A stretch of DNA of 64,000 bases from assembly GCA_038496445.1 (NCBI GenBank), contig JALMLS010000378.1:248001-312000 (forward strand). The letters are read 5' to 3'. The DNA is from Trichosphaerium sp. ATCC 40318 (lineage: Eukaryota > Protista > Tubulinea). Within the stretch, counting starts at the first letter, position 1. The number at the start of each line of letters is the position of its first letter. Position numbers and translations under genes: made by a program. The notes beneath the pieces are model-generated. The model worked only from the letters and a program-made list of their open reading frames with translations. It ran no database searches and was not told the origin of the DNA. Of the stretch, positions 30,301-42,800 are shown in pieces.

Positions 30301-30403
30301 AGACAGTAAGCTTTGTTCCTTTTAAACTCATGAACATGATTTAACTGATTGCTAAATAGCAGCAACACTATCACCTTCAAGTAATGAAGATAAAACATCA
30401 TAG
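27336..30403 (+). CDS. Type-I membrane protein, paralog A: signal peptide, Ig/cadherin-like domain, three H-type-lectin-like repeats, second Ig-like domain, TM, YxxL tail
   Basis: About 20 exons reconstructed by alignment with paralogs; signal MRTVQCYWLICLIFA; TM LIFNVILLLTLIALSTLFTLFLL; tail EYKPL. Confidence 0.75.
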
Positions 30404-30764
30404 GTATTATCATTTTTTACTTAATTAAGTTACGGATCTAATTTTGATTTCAAGGCAGCAGTACTTTGATTCATTGCTAAAAAGAGAATACAAATTGTAT
30501 CAAATGAACCTTGTTTAATAAACCGTTTTTCTCTTTCCATTTATAAGTTTGCCATGAGTTCACTAAAACAAGTGTAACGTACGGCGTTTATGTGAGTGTT
30601 GCATTGCAACAAAGTACCGTTTCCTTTTGCCAGTAAGTTGTTTGAATTCGTGCCATATGCAAGAGGAAAAACAGTGTCAAGGCACATGTAACCACTTCAA
30701 GCATCGGGAATCGTATTTTTTATCAAGTCCGTTTTAGTTTGTTATATTCAACAAGAATTAGAGA

Positions 30765-31052
30765 ATGAACATACCAGAGGAAACCCAACACGTGTCAGTA
30801 TCTAGCGAGGTTCAGCAACCATCTACAAAGAGGGAGCAAGTAGTCTCACCAAATACAAATATATCATGTGTACTCAATACATTCTTATTTTATTCTGATA
30901 CAAAATAAAACAAGGTAAACGATACTGTACCAGTGGAAGTGCTTGTGCATATAATCCTGTTTCTGCCCTTCAGTGATCACAATACATGTAAATTAGTGTG
31001 TAAATACTGGCTTGATATGTGTCAAAGATACTTGCTTAAGCAATCCAATTGA
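30765..31052 (+). pseudogene. Short F-box-only gene or fragment
   Basis: DTVPVEVLVHIILFLPFSDHNTCKLVCKYWLDMC followed shortly by TGA. Confidence 0.5.
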
Positions 31053-31280
31053 CCTTACTAGTGGCGTTTGAGGAGTGTCTACTGTGATTATACCTTTATT
31101 CCTTCAGTGTTTCTTGGTTGGGAGAGCGTTTTCGTCAGGGACAGGCACGTTCTCGTCGCTTGTGGCGCACATGTGATAGCTAAGTAATCAAGATAGTGTT
31201 ATGTGAAGGTTCACATTCTGATGTCACGAACATACTAACTTGAAACATTTGTAGCAGTTGTACATTAGAAAGACCTCATA

Positions 31281-34200
31281 ATGCGCTCTGTACAATGTTG
31301 TTGGTTGATTTGTTTGATATTTATCGCTGTTGCGCTGTCCACTCCCAGTAACATTATTCAAGTTACAGGTATTGAAAGACAGGAGCTGGCAATGTATTTG
31401 AGGTAATTTTAGAACGGTTTTATTTTTATCGCCTAAAAACGTGTCAGTAACGGTTTGCATTCTCCAAATGAGATAGCACCACATAATATTACAATCACGA
31501 AGCTTCCTTCACATGGTAAGTCTAAAAAACCCAAATCGGACATCCACCCTGACACGTGTCGTTAAAGGAGAATTATATCAAACACTTGATGGTATAACAC
31601 GCCATGGTCATATTTTAGAGTGCGTTAAAACGAAAATAATGGTTTTCTTCTCAAGAATTTATACAATCGCTAGAAATGGTATAGAGGTGACAGATACGCG
31701 CCATCGAGTGATATACTATCATTTCTCTAACGTCCACAACGACGATTATTTCGAGTTTGAAATGCAACAAGCGGATAGATCTAAACAGATTATAGGTGTA
31801 CAAATAGATTTACAGGTAATATTTTTAGTTGCGTTAAAGGGCTTTGATCTTTTAACCATATTTTTTCGGCATCATTTTTTTTGTGGACTCATCATTAAAA
31901 GTTTTTTTGTTTTAGAGCAAAGACACCAAGAGTTGCCACAAAGAAGATGAAATACAGGTCATGGGAGAAGTAGGGCGCATTGATGCTACACACGCTGAAG
32001 TTCAAGTAACCTTTCAAGCACGTGCTCTAAATACGCCCATTTCTTTTTTTTTTGATGACGAAACGTCTGATTTCGTTTAGCAAGAGTATATTAATCCTGT
32101 TGTTATCGCTCAACCAATTTCTGACAATGGTTCGTTATTTTATCCCTCTGATACTTCATTCTGTTTCACGTTGTTTCAGCGTTTATCGTGTTATTTATCA
32201 CGTGATTGGTTACTCATTTTGTAGAAAATGATGTTACAGTACCGCGTATTTCTTCGTTGACTGGAACTGGATTTACTATTCAGCTGCAAGAAGTCAATAA
32301 CCATGATGGAATTCATAACCAGACGGAGAATTTTAGTTACATTGTCATGGAATCAGGTTAGTTTACTATTGTTTCTACACATGTAATCCTACTGCTATGT
32401 TTTTTCCGATATTATTTTTATAGTGGTACTAATGTTTCAAGGTACTTGGCGGATACCTGATGAAAAAGGAAATCCTGGAAAAGTAGTGGAGGTCGGTAAG
32501 GTATTGACGTCAATGACTGCTGCTAGATGGAACCGGAAGGTTAGAAACCGTTTTTTTCAGAGTGTGCATTACAGCTCTGAAAATATGTTTGGAAATGTTT
32601 CACCTGTTGTGATGACTCAAGTCCAAACAAAGAAATCCAGACCTTGTAAAGACAAGGTACTCTCTTTTGTTTGCTAGCTTCTTGTTCTAAAGAAACAACA
32701 GGTAGTAAACAGTTCTTTCCGAGTCACTCTTGAAGAGGAAGAGAAAAACATATATTCTCATGGTGCTGAAATAGTTGGATGGGTTGCTATGGGTGCGGGC
32801 GATTACAAGGTACAGTATTTGGTTTTCAAAACAATCTCTTATCACAGTGTACTATTCGCACTCTTTTAATTGTTCTTAAAACATAGTGGTCAGATACGAA
32901 TGTTGAGGTTGTAGCGTCGATTATGTATCTGGGAACATTTTTATGGGATAAACTTTAACGGATTTTCTTTTCCTTATAATCCACCATATTTTGCTATTTT
33001 GTCCACTTTTAGATGCTGTTTTCGTTGTCTGATATGTCTCACACTTTTTAGGTACTGATTCAGCGCATTTGCGGTATGCCAACTTGGGTCATAATTTTGT
33101 AAACATACGTATTGAAGAGGATTCTACAAGAGATAAAGAGACAAAGTACATCAGAACCTCGCACTTTGGGTGTTTACTTATTGTGACACTTAGGCATGAA
33201 CGAGAAATGGTTTCGTATATCGCCATTCAAGATACTTCTACGGTATTTAACTACTATGAAGTTTATACTAACTTTATGTTTATTAGACTCTTTTGAGAGC
33301 TACAATGTTCGTTGCTTCGTTGATGATCCAGAACTCCTGAATTAGATTACTCGTTTATAGCCTTGAAGCTCATTGACTTGTTGGATTGATGAGCAAGAGA
33401 CTCTTAACTTTGTTGTATGATTCCAAGAAGTATTGATGTCTTATTGAATACTTTAGGTATCGATTGAAAGACTACCTGAAAAAGGACAGTTGTTTCAATA
33501 TCACCAAGGATCCATCTCACATGACAAAAATTCTTGATTGACACAACCGGCAATAACATGCTGGTACCGATTGCTGGTATATAACGACCTAATATGTTAT
33601 TTTATATACGGATAAAGGAGGTAGATGTTTTATAAGGCATACAATAATGAAAGATACAATGAAGATGAGTTCGAGTACAAATGTATTAAACAGTCTTTTA
33701 TTGTTTTGTCTTATTTTTCTTTAAGTTACTGTTGGTTCCAAGATTTCTAAAGCAGCACGTGTTCGTATAACTATACTTATGGACGGAGAAGTAATAACAG
33801 AGCCTCCAACAATAGCACAGACTGGGTAAGTACTAATTGTGACACAAAAAAGGATATTAACGTTCAACGGTTAACAGAAATTTACATCATGATGATTCGT
33901 CCTCTGGTCGTTTAACTCCTAGTCTCATGTTTATTGTTGCAATTCTTTTGATAGTCATCATGTTATCTACATTATTCACACTCTTCTTGTTATCAGGTAA
34001 TCCTTTTTTTAACAAACAAGAGGTGGCTAAGTTTTGAAACACAGGACGAATTCAGAGCATAAGAAGTTGTGTCACCATCGTTTTTCCTGAATCTATACTT
34101 CCTCCACTATCTTCTGAAACAAGATCACCTGAATATAAACCTCTTGATAATCTTCTTGCTGTTGTTGAAGATGAAGACAGTAAGCTTTGTTCCTTTTAAA

Positions 34201-34320
34201 CTCATGAACATGATTTAACTGATTGCTAAATAGCAGCGACACTATCACCTTCAAGTAATGAAAATGAAACAACAGAGGTACAAAAGATATCATTTTTAAG
34301 ATAGGATCTAATTTTGATTT
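31281..34320 (+). pseudogene. Paralog B of the lectin-like membrane protein, apparently frameshifted
   Basis: Collinear with paralog A including introns and 3' flank; 2-nt deletion near 32633 (aagaaatcc vs aagaatgatcc) and further indels around 33350-33400. Confidence 0.7.
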
Positions 34321-34911
34321 CAAAGGCAGCATTACTTTGATTCATTTCTAAAATGAGAATAAATTGTACCAAATGACATAGATTCATAAACTTCTTTTCT
34401 CTTTTCGCTTTCTGGTCATGTGTCTGGAGAACAGAACCTTCTACATTGCATATGAGTTTACCACCAAGTGTACCATCATTTATGTCATTGCCTTGAGTAC
34501 TCCTACATTCAGTTTGTGGCTGTATGGCACAGAATATCCTTGAGCATTGTGAATTAAGAATTGGACCTTTTCGAGCAAGTTTACGTTGCCACTCAAAAAG
34601 GGTCCAAACATTTCATTGTTCACATTAATACATTTCTTAATCCACCTCTACTAATATTATTGCGATACGCATGCTACCGTCCATACATTCACTAAATGTT
34701 ATTTTCACGTGACACAAAGGACTAATTAGTAATTGCTTATGAATTAGTTGTTGTTTTGTTGCTTTGAGTATCAAATATCAGAATTTCATCTTAATTTAAT
34801 AAATTCATGATACCAAAAAGATAAAACGGATTTGTGTTGACTTGTACATCAGTGTATTATTTACACATGAATGTTAAGGATAAAGTCAGCTCACAGAAAT
34901 GAGTCGAACTG

Positions 34912-36267
34912 CTATGTGCTTGTTGTAAATAATGAACACGTGTCAATACTGATACGACGAATACATGGGCTTATTTGTTTTTTCCTTCTTTGCATAGCTG
35001 GACAAGCAGTGTCATCTTCACAAAATCGCGTGATAATAGTGTCATCTATTTGATTGCAACACCTATATAAAATATGAGTACCACTTCTTTGGCTGTAAAG
35101 CTAATAAACTTGCACGTCAGTAAAGCCGTCTTCAACCCCTCCGTCAATACGTGGTGTAGGGATATTTGTTGTTGGCATAATACCACCTGTGGCTATGATG
35201 AAGTCGTTTCCAGCGTCACCATTAAGAAAGTTTGGGTTTGTTGTAGTTTGTTCTAAGAAACATATTTCGTTAGTTTAAATACTATATGCTACTCACGTAT
35301 AGCAATAAAGGAAGTGTAAATGACGTCATCATCACTACCACCGGCTACTGTATCAACAGTTGAGCAGCTTATATCTATAGTATCATCTCCACCATCACCT
35401 ACAAGTGGTGTGAATAATCAACTAACAAGGAACAGGTGGTAACCTAATATAAGCCCAGTTTCACTATTTTTAATTTCAATACAATCAGCGCCGTCTGCTC
35501 CAGTTACTCTATTCACAATACTTGAATCCAATACCTGTATACAATCAACACCAGCTGCTCCACCTATATTTTGACTAAAGTAGCATTAATAACACGCTTG
35601 TAAACAAAATCTTTATGCTTACAACACGCCCATTGAAGCAGCATCAGTTCTACTCCCAGAAATGATTATGTCGTCATCATGATTATCTCCTGAAACAGAA
35701 CCAATAGTGGAATCTGTCACTTTGAAACAATCAAATCCATTTGCTACAAAAACTCAGTCACGTGATTTGTTCAAAAAAACATTTAAAACCAGTCTACCTC
35801 CGTTGATACGACCCAAAACTGTTGAGCCTTGAACAGAAACAAAGTCATCACCATCCCTTGCCGATATGGTGGCCACAGTAGCACCGCCTCGTACTAAGAT
35901 ACAATCATTACCTCCTGAGCCAAACACGTCATTCACGTCAGTCTCTATTATTACACATGTAACACCAAGCATTCCAAGATTAACTTTGAAGCGTTAACAC
36001 ATTTTTCTTTTTCAAAATAGTCTTCCGTACTGTCTACGCCAGTATCAGTTATGGTAGTACATGAATCATCAAATACACAGGTGCTCTCTATTGCGCAGGT
36101 ACAATCGCACCCTCGGACTTCAGGGAGCGTTCTCTGACCATAGCAGAGAGTTAAACCTTAAAATAGAGTTAATCAAACGCTAGTTCCTTGTAGAAAAAAC
36201 GAATATTACCCAAAGCGACTAGCGGCACCCAAATGGTTTGAACAGTTCTCAAAACGTTTTTGGTCAT
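34912..36267 (-). CDS. Secreted Cys-rich protein with RTX/hemolysin-type Ca-binding-like Gly-Asp repeats
   Basis: Hydrophobic N-terminus; repeats FGSGGNDCI, ARDGDDFV, GAAGVDCI, GADGADCI, GDGGDDTI, GGSDDDVI, GDAGNDFI; Cys-rich ends; last intron needs a GC donor. Confidence 0.7.
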
Positions 36268-36776
36268 TTTGTGGTAAAGCAGCGTTGTATCTTTGAACTT
36301 TAGTAGACTTATTGGTGGGAGTTTAATCACGTGAGCACTATAAATATAAGATCAATCTCCGCTAAAAAAATAATACAGTGAGAAGATTCTACCCTTGTTC
36401 ACACAAGCCAGATATTCTAGTGAAATCTTCAGACAATCTCCTATTGAGATAACAAAACATGGCAAAGGGATTTGAAGGCTGGCTCGCAAAGTTCCATACT
36501 ACCAAGGCATTAAACCATACGGCCTAGTCTAAATTTATTCTCCCACTTTGTACAAAAACAGTACAAAGAGTGTAGCGCTACACAAATTCCACAAGTATGT
36601 AGAAACACACTGAATCAAAGGAGTGTCATACAAGATGATACATGAACAGTCAACATACACCCTCACCATTTAACACATTACTTTACAAATACAACTTGCA
36701 ACAAGCAATAATTATATAATATACAGGTGCGGTGATTACATTGATCTTAATTTACATGTACATGCGTTGTATTTTT

Positions 36777-38094
36777 TCACAACTCACTTGTATCATTTAT
36801 ACCTGCAGCAATTGTAGAAGAGCTATTTACATGGTGCTTGTTGCATGTCTTAAGTTTTTTTCTCCTTTTTTAAATGTGAAATATCACTTTGGTATTCAAC
36901 TGCTAGTTTTGTCTTTGTACCAGTTCGTACTAGTTTTGTAATACTACAATAATAGAACGCTTTATTTACCTATCAAATAAAATCAACTTCGAACATGTAA
37001 CCTCAAAGAGGAAGCGTACCGACTCAGAAGACAACGCTCTTAGAATTGTAGAAAAGCTTCCTACAAAAGATTAACATGATACAAAAAAACTCTCGATTTT
37101 GATCGGCAAGTCCTACCTGAATGAGTAACAAGTATTATATCTCCATCTGTATAATCCATCAATAAGTTCTTGAAAGCTTTTTGTAATTTATCACCCAGGT
37201 TGCCCTTTGAATGCATCCAAATATTATCTGAGAAAAAAAAGATAAGAACTTTTTTAAGGGTTGTTTTATTCACCTGTTAAATATGGAGGTCTAATGTTCT
37301 TGGTTAACGACAAAAGTTCTTCACTACGCTTCTCATAAGCTTCTTTAACATGGTTTTCAGGATCACTTCTCATTAATTCCATCTAGGGATAGTATTACAT
37401 GATGAAAATGTTGAGCAAAAAAAGTAACGTACCAGGGCAGATTCTATGATTAGAGGAGCCTCCAATTTTAGAGCAATTTCATTAGCTGTTTGCAGTGCTC
37501 TACAGGTGAGAAATTAGGAATGTAACGTTACAACATAAGCGATCCAGACTGATATACCTGTAATTGCCACTTGAGAATACATAAGATGGTTTTCGTGGCA
37601 TTGCAGCAAACGCTCTACCTTAAAAGCTGTAAGGCTTCAAATCCCTTTCTTAAAGTTTACGCTCACGAGAGTAAAAACAATAATAACAATCAAAAAACAA
37701 ACAAACACAAAACCTCACATGTTGGTTTTATAAATAAAGTTGTTTGTTAAAACTCACGTGCCAGTTTGTCTTGCTTGCTTTAATCCAACCTCTGTTAAAG
37801 GAGGATCTTGTCTATCTCCTTCAAAGCCAGGTTTTGAGTCTATTAGGCTAACATAAGCGTCTATTTTCAAATAAAGAGCGTATATAATCAAAACAGGCCG
37901 CTGACGCGTCGATACGGACTGAAAAGTATTTTACACGCTGTTAAACTTGCATAGAATCGCAATCAATTTAAAAATGCTTAACAGAGCGTAAAAACGCTTG
38001 GTAATTGTATTGTATGGCTTTCAGACGTACCTGCACGTTCGCCGTGACGAACAATGTATACAAACTGTTGTGTTTTACTACCAGATGCGCCCAT
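36777..38094 (-). CDS. Histidine phosphatase / phosphoglycerate mutase-like protein (3' end approximate)
   Basis: YIVRHGER, DPPLTEVGLKQA, ILVTHSG; MGASGS N-terminus suggests myristoylation. Confidence 0.8.
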
Positions 38095-38410
38095 TGTGCT
38101 ATCTAATAGATGTTTTGTAGCTATGTCAGGAAATGTACTGCGTTAAGCTCCTACAACTGCAAAAATATAAACGCGCTCACTTAACGCTAAATCAATAACA
38201 ACACACTCATCGATAGTTAAAACCAGCGTTAGTTAGTATGATTTGTTAAAAGGAGCACACATTCTTGTATTTGTGGCTGAGCCGAAAAAAGAATCCATAG
38301 TGGTAATTCACAAAGGGAATGAAAATGGTCGAAATAGTCAACTTCTCTCTTAAAAACTCACGTGATTCTTTAGCATAATTTTCCAAAACAAAAACCAAAC
38401 CATAGCACAT

Positions 38411-38985
38411 ATGATGAAGTTAGTGGTAATTTGCCTCATCGTTACGCTCCTACAAGCATCAGCTCAGGATCCATGCGCATCTGCAGGTACACGCTTTACA
38501 AAGCTTCCAAACGGAGGAACAGCGCCCACACTCTGTGCTTGCGCAATTAGCAACAATAATTTACAAAAACAAAATATACAAGTTAGGCAGCTAGCGTTTG
38601 CTTACTAGTTGTTTTGTATTGTTCTGTATAAGCTTATGATAGTTGTTAGGAAATTGTCAGAGTAATAGTTGTTCAAGCGTATTGGATGGAGATGCTTGTG
38701 CTAATGCTGGAGGTGGAGACCAGTGTTTTTTCTGTTGCCAACCTTTCTTGGGTGCGTTGTCACTTTAGCACGTGTTCAGTTTTTTTGTTAATTATTACAG
38801 GCACCTCGAAATTTTGCAGATGCACAAACCGAAATGGTAATACTTGCGCGGCTGTATTCAATCTGCAGAATCCTGCAGCTTGTGAAGATTTCAAATGTGA
38901 TGGAGCAGCGTACAAACAAAGTATTACTTTGTACCGTTATGCAGCTCTTGTTTTATTGTTAATCGCTACATTACGCTGGTTATAA
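38411..38985 (+). CDS. Small Cys-rich secreted, probably GPI-anchored protein (3 exons)
   Basis: Signal peptide MMKLVVICLIVTLLQASAQ, about 12 Cys in the mature part, hydrophobic C-terminus YAALVLLLIATLRWL*. Confidence 0.65.
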
Positions 38986-39119
38986 TGTCTCTTTCATATC
39001 CATAAACCAAATAAAGCAAAATAAACCATATAGAGCCGAGATACCAATGACAGTTCAGAAATAAAAGCATAAATCTATTTTTATTTTGATTGTTTGTTGA
39101 TACATTTCCTACCGTTTTT

Positions 39120-42100
39120 TTAATCTCCACGAGGATCAAAGGAGTCTCCATGTTCTGCAACCTGTACAAAAAAATGATAAATAACACAGAAAAGTATCCA
39201 TAGATTCATTTTGTACCTCAGCTGTTTCGTTGTCATCGTCTGAAGGTAACAGTGTGGGTGCTATTAAAAATCAGTAATAAGATCACAAGTGCGGATTAAA
39301 AAAATCAAAGCTTACCGTCTTCATCCTCAACAACGCCGAGAAGATTATCAAGAGGTTTATAATCAGGTGCTCTTTTTTCAGAAGACAAAGGAGGAAGCAT
39401 AGATTCAGGAACAACAGCGGAGACGCAACTTCTTACGCTCTGCATTCGCCCTAAAAACGAACAGACAACTTAGCAAACTTTGTCATTTTGGGAAAAAAAA
39501 AAGATTACCTGATAACAAGAAGAGTGTGAATAATGTAGATAACACGATGAGTATTAAAAGAAGCCCCACAATCAATATGAGATTGGACGTCGAATGACCA
39601 GTTGAGGATGTGGACGAATCATCATGATGTAAGTTTCTGGTTACAATAGATTAAGTTAATAATAACTACGCAATATTATCTTACCCGGAATGCGCTTTAG
39701 CTGGTACAATCGGTGCTTCTGTTGTTGCCTCTCCGTCCGTAAGGATAGTTAAGCGAACACGTGCTGGTTTGGAAGCCTTGGAACCAACAGTAACTTAAAG
39801 AAAATAAGAACGAAACAATTAACATCAGAAAGAGAAAGTAATACATTTGTACTCGAACTCATCTTCATCGTATCTCTCACTATTGTATGCTTTGTAAAAT
39901 ACTCTACCTCCTTTATCCGTCACTATACAATATCATATTAGTCGTGTAACAGATTAAATAACAGAGACGCACCAATGCCATTATATCCAGTCGCATCAAT
40001 CGGAGAATTTTCGTCCATGTGAGATGGATTGCTTAGCTCGTGATATTGAAATAGTTGTCCTTTTTCAGGCAGACTTTCAATCGATATCTATGCAAGTTAG
40101 AACAAATAAAGTGGTTTAGTTTCGGAGTCATACAACAAAGTTAAGACTCTCTTGCTCATCATCTAACAAGTCAATGAGCTGAACATCACCACTGTTAACA
40201 CGGTAATCTAATTCAGGAGCCTCAGGATCATCAACGAAGCAACGAACATTGTAGGCTCTCAAAAGAGTCTAATAAACATAAAGTTAGTATAAACTTAACC
40301 TTAGGTAGTTTAATACCGTAGAAGTATCTTGAATAGCGATATAAGAAACCATTTCTTTCGTATGCCTTGACGTCAAAGTTAGAAAGAAGAAAAGTGACAA
40401 AACAGGGTTTTTTTTTTCTAGAAGTGCCTTGACATACTTTGTTTCTGTGTCGCTTGAAGTATCTTCTTCAACGCGTACTTTAACACCAGTATGGCTCAAG
40501 TTATCAAACCTCAAATGTGCTGAATCAAAGCCTCTGAACGAAGCCAAAATAGCAACAAAGTAAGGATTGTTTTGAAAAGAGTTTCCGTTGAATTTTATGT
40601 TATAAAATTTATCCCCAACTACCATCTTGGTGCGCTTAGCCTCAATCTGCAAGTCTGACCACTATTGTAAAAAAATTTTGTAAGATACAAAATCACGTGA
40701 CATGGGAGAGGTGCGAAACGTGATACGTACCTTGTAGACACCAGTATCCATAGAAATCCACCCAACGATTTCAGCTCCATGAGAGTCTCTATTTGTTTCT
40801 TCCTCTTCAAGAGTGACTTGGAATGCACTTGTAGTTGTATGTTGTTGTCTATGGGAAAGTGTAAGAGCGATGAAATCAAACAAAGATGCTTAAAAAGTTA
40901 CCTTGTCTTTACAAGTTCTGGATCATTCTTTGTTTGGACTTGAGTGATAACAACTGGTCTTTTTACAAACATATTTTCGTCACTGTAGTGTACACTCTCG
41001 AAAAGTCGGTTTCTCACTTTCCTTGAGCCTGAAGCAGCTGTCTTTGCTGTCACTATTTTACCAGCCTCAAGTACTTTTCCAGGCTTCCCATCTGCGTCAG
41101 GCATCCTCCAAGCGCCTTAAAACTTACTTTAGTCTTAAATAATGAAGAAAATAAAACTAACCAGCTTCCATGACAATGTAGCTAAAATTCTCGTGTGTAT
41201 GACTTCCATCGTGGTTACTTGCCTCTTGTAGCTGTACAGTAAAACCGTTCCCGGTTACCAAAGAAATACGTGGCACTGTAACATCATGACCTAAACAAAA
41301 TGAGTAACACGATAAAAATTAAACAAAACTGAATAATGTGAACAGTTTTTTTCCTATGAAATGGGATGATAACGGACCGTTGTAAGAAATTGGTTGGGCG
41401 ATAACAACAGGATTTATATATTCTTGCTAAACGAAAAGTCAGAAGGCTTTTCTGCTTGCAAGACGGAAAAATTAAAAAAGAAACAAAAAGCACGTGCTTG
41501 AAAGTCTACATGAACTTCAGCGTGCGTAGCATCAACACGCCCTACTTCTCCCATAATCTGTATTTCATCTTCTTTATAGCACGGCTTGGTGTCCTCGCCC
41601 TAAATACAACAGACCCTTAACCCCAAAAACACCCGGCGACGAAAAGAAAAAAAGATTTCCGAAATAACTAGTTAAAACGCGCTGAAGTACTTTAAAACGT
41701 CTGAAAATATTACCTGCAACTTTATTTGTACGCCTATAGTCTGTTTAGGGCCATCTGCTTGTTGCACGTCAAACTCGAAGTAATCGTCGTCTTTGACATT
41801 GGAAAAATGGTAGTATATAACTCTGTGGTGTGGGTCGTTCACTTTGATACCGGTTCTAAGGGTTTTTAATTTATGTTTGTGAAATTTTAATGTACTGTAC
41901 TTTTCAATATGATTAACGCGTGTTATGCCATCTAGTGTTTGATATAATTCACCTTTAACGATAAATGTCAGCTTTTGATAGAAGTTCGTTGTGTTTTGGC
42001 TTACCACGCGAAGGAAGCTTTGTGATTGTAATAGTATGAGGTACTTTATCATTTGAAGCATCGAAACCGTTACTGGTCTTATTTTAACCAAAACCAAATT

Positions 42101-42239
42101 AAAAGCGTTCAAATTACCTTAAATACATTGCCAGCTCCTGTCTTTCAATACCTGTAACTTGAATAACGTTACTGGGAGTGGACAGCGCAACAGCGATAAA
42201 CATCAAACAAATCAACCAACAACATTGTGTTGTACGCAT
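39120..42239 (-). CDS. Paralog C of the lectin-like type-I membrane protein (appears intact)
   Basis: Same exon structure as paralog A, inverted; tail DYKPL; ends SFDPRGD*. Confidence 0.78.
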
Positions 42240-42800
42240 TTTGTGGAGGTTTGCAGTAAAGAAAATAAATTCCTTACTTAAACTACCTTTGACTCAACAG
42301 TAAACTAAAAAAGTCGTAGTTTGCGCTAGATCCACGTCGTTTAGTTCACGTTTCTTTTGGTTCAAGCACGTGTCAAAAATTTTATGACAAAATATAAAAA
42401 TAAGGGGCAGGTTGCACCCATCATTTCTGTATTCAAAATCTTCGAGATTAAGGGCCAATTAGATTATGCACGTCCTCTAATTTTATTAGTTAGACTGTGC
42501 ATATCCTCTTATTTTCTGATTTTAGACCATGGCAGCGTACTTTTCACAGTAACAAGTTTTAGAAAACTACCATTCGTATATAGTGCAAAAACAAAAGTGA
42601 TTGTACTGCAAAAATTGGCAAAAAACCTGCTTGGCAATAACTATGGACGCCCATCTCCCACACCATAAGCTCACAATTGATTACCACAACGCTCTTGTTG
42701 TGAGAAGATGAGCACGCTTAATAGCAATGAACTCAAGAACTGACAGTCGTTTTATTCACTACTTTATTGTTGGTATGACATGGATTTCAGTTCATTGGTA

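Noticed and set aside
37615-37761. GC-AG intron in the histidine phosphatase gene
   Set aside because: An in-frame GTGAGT donor with a nearby TAG acceptor works equally well, so it is ambiguous
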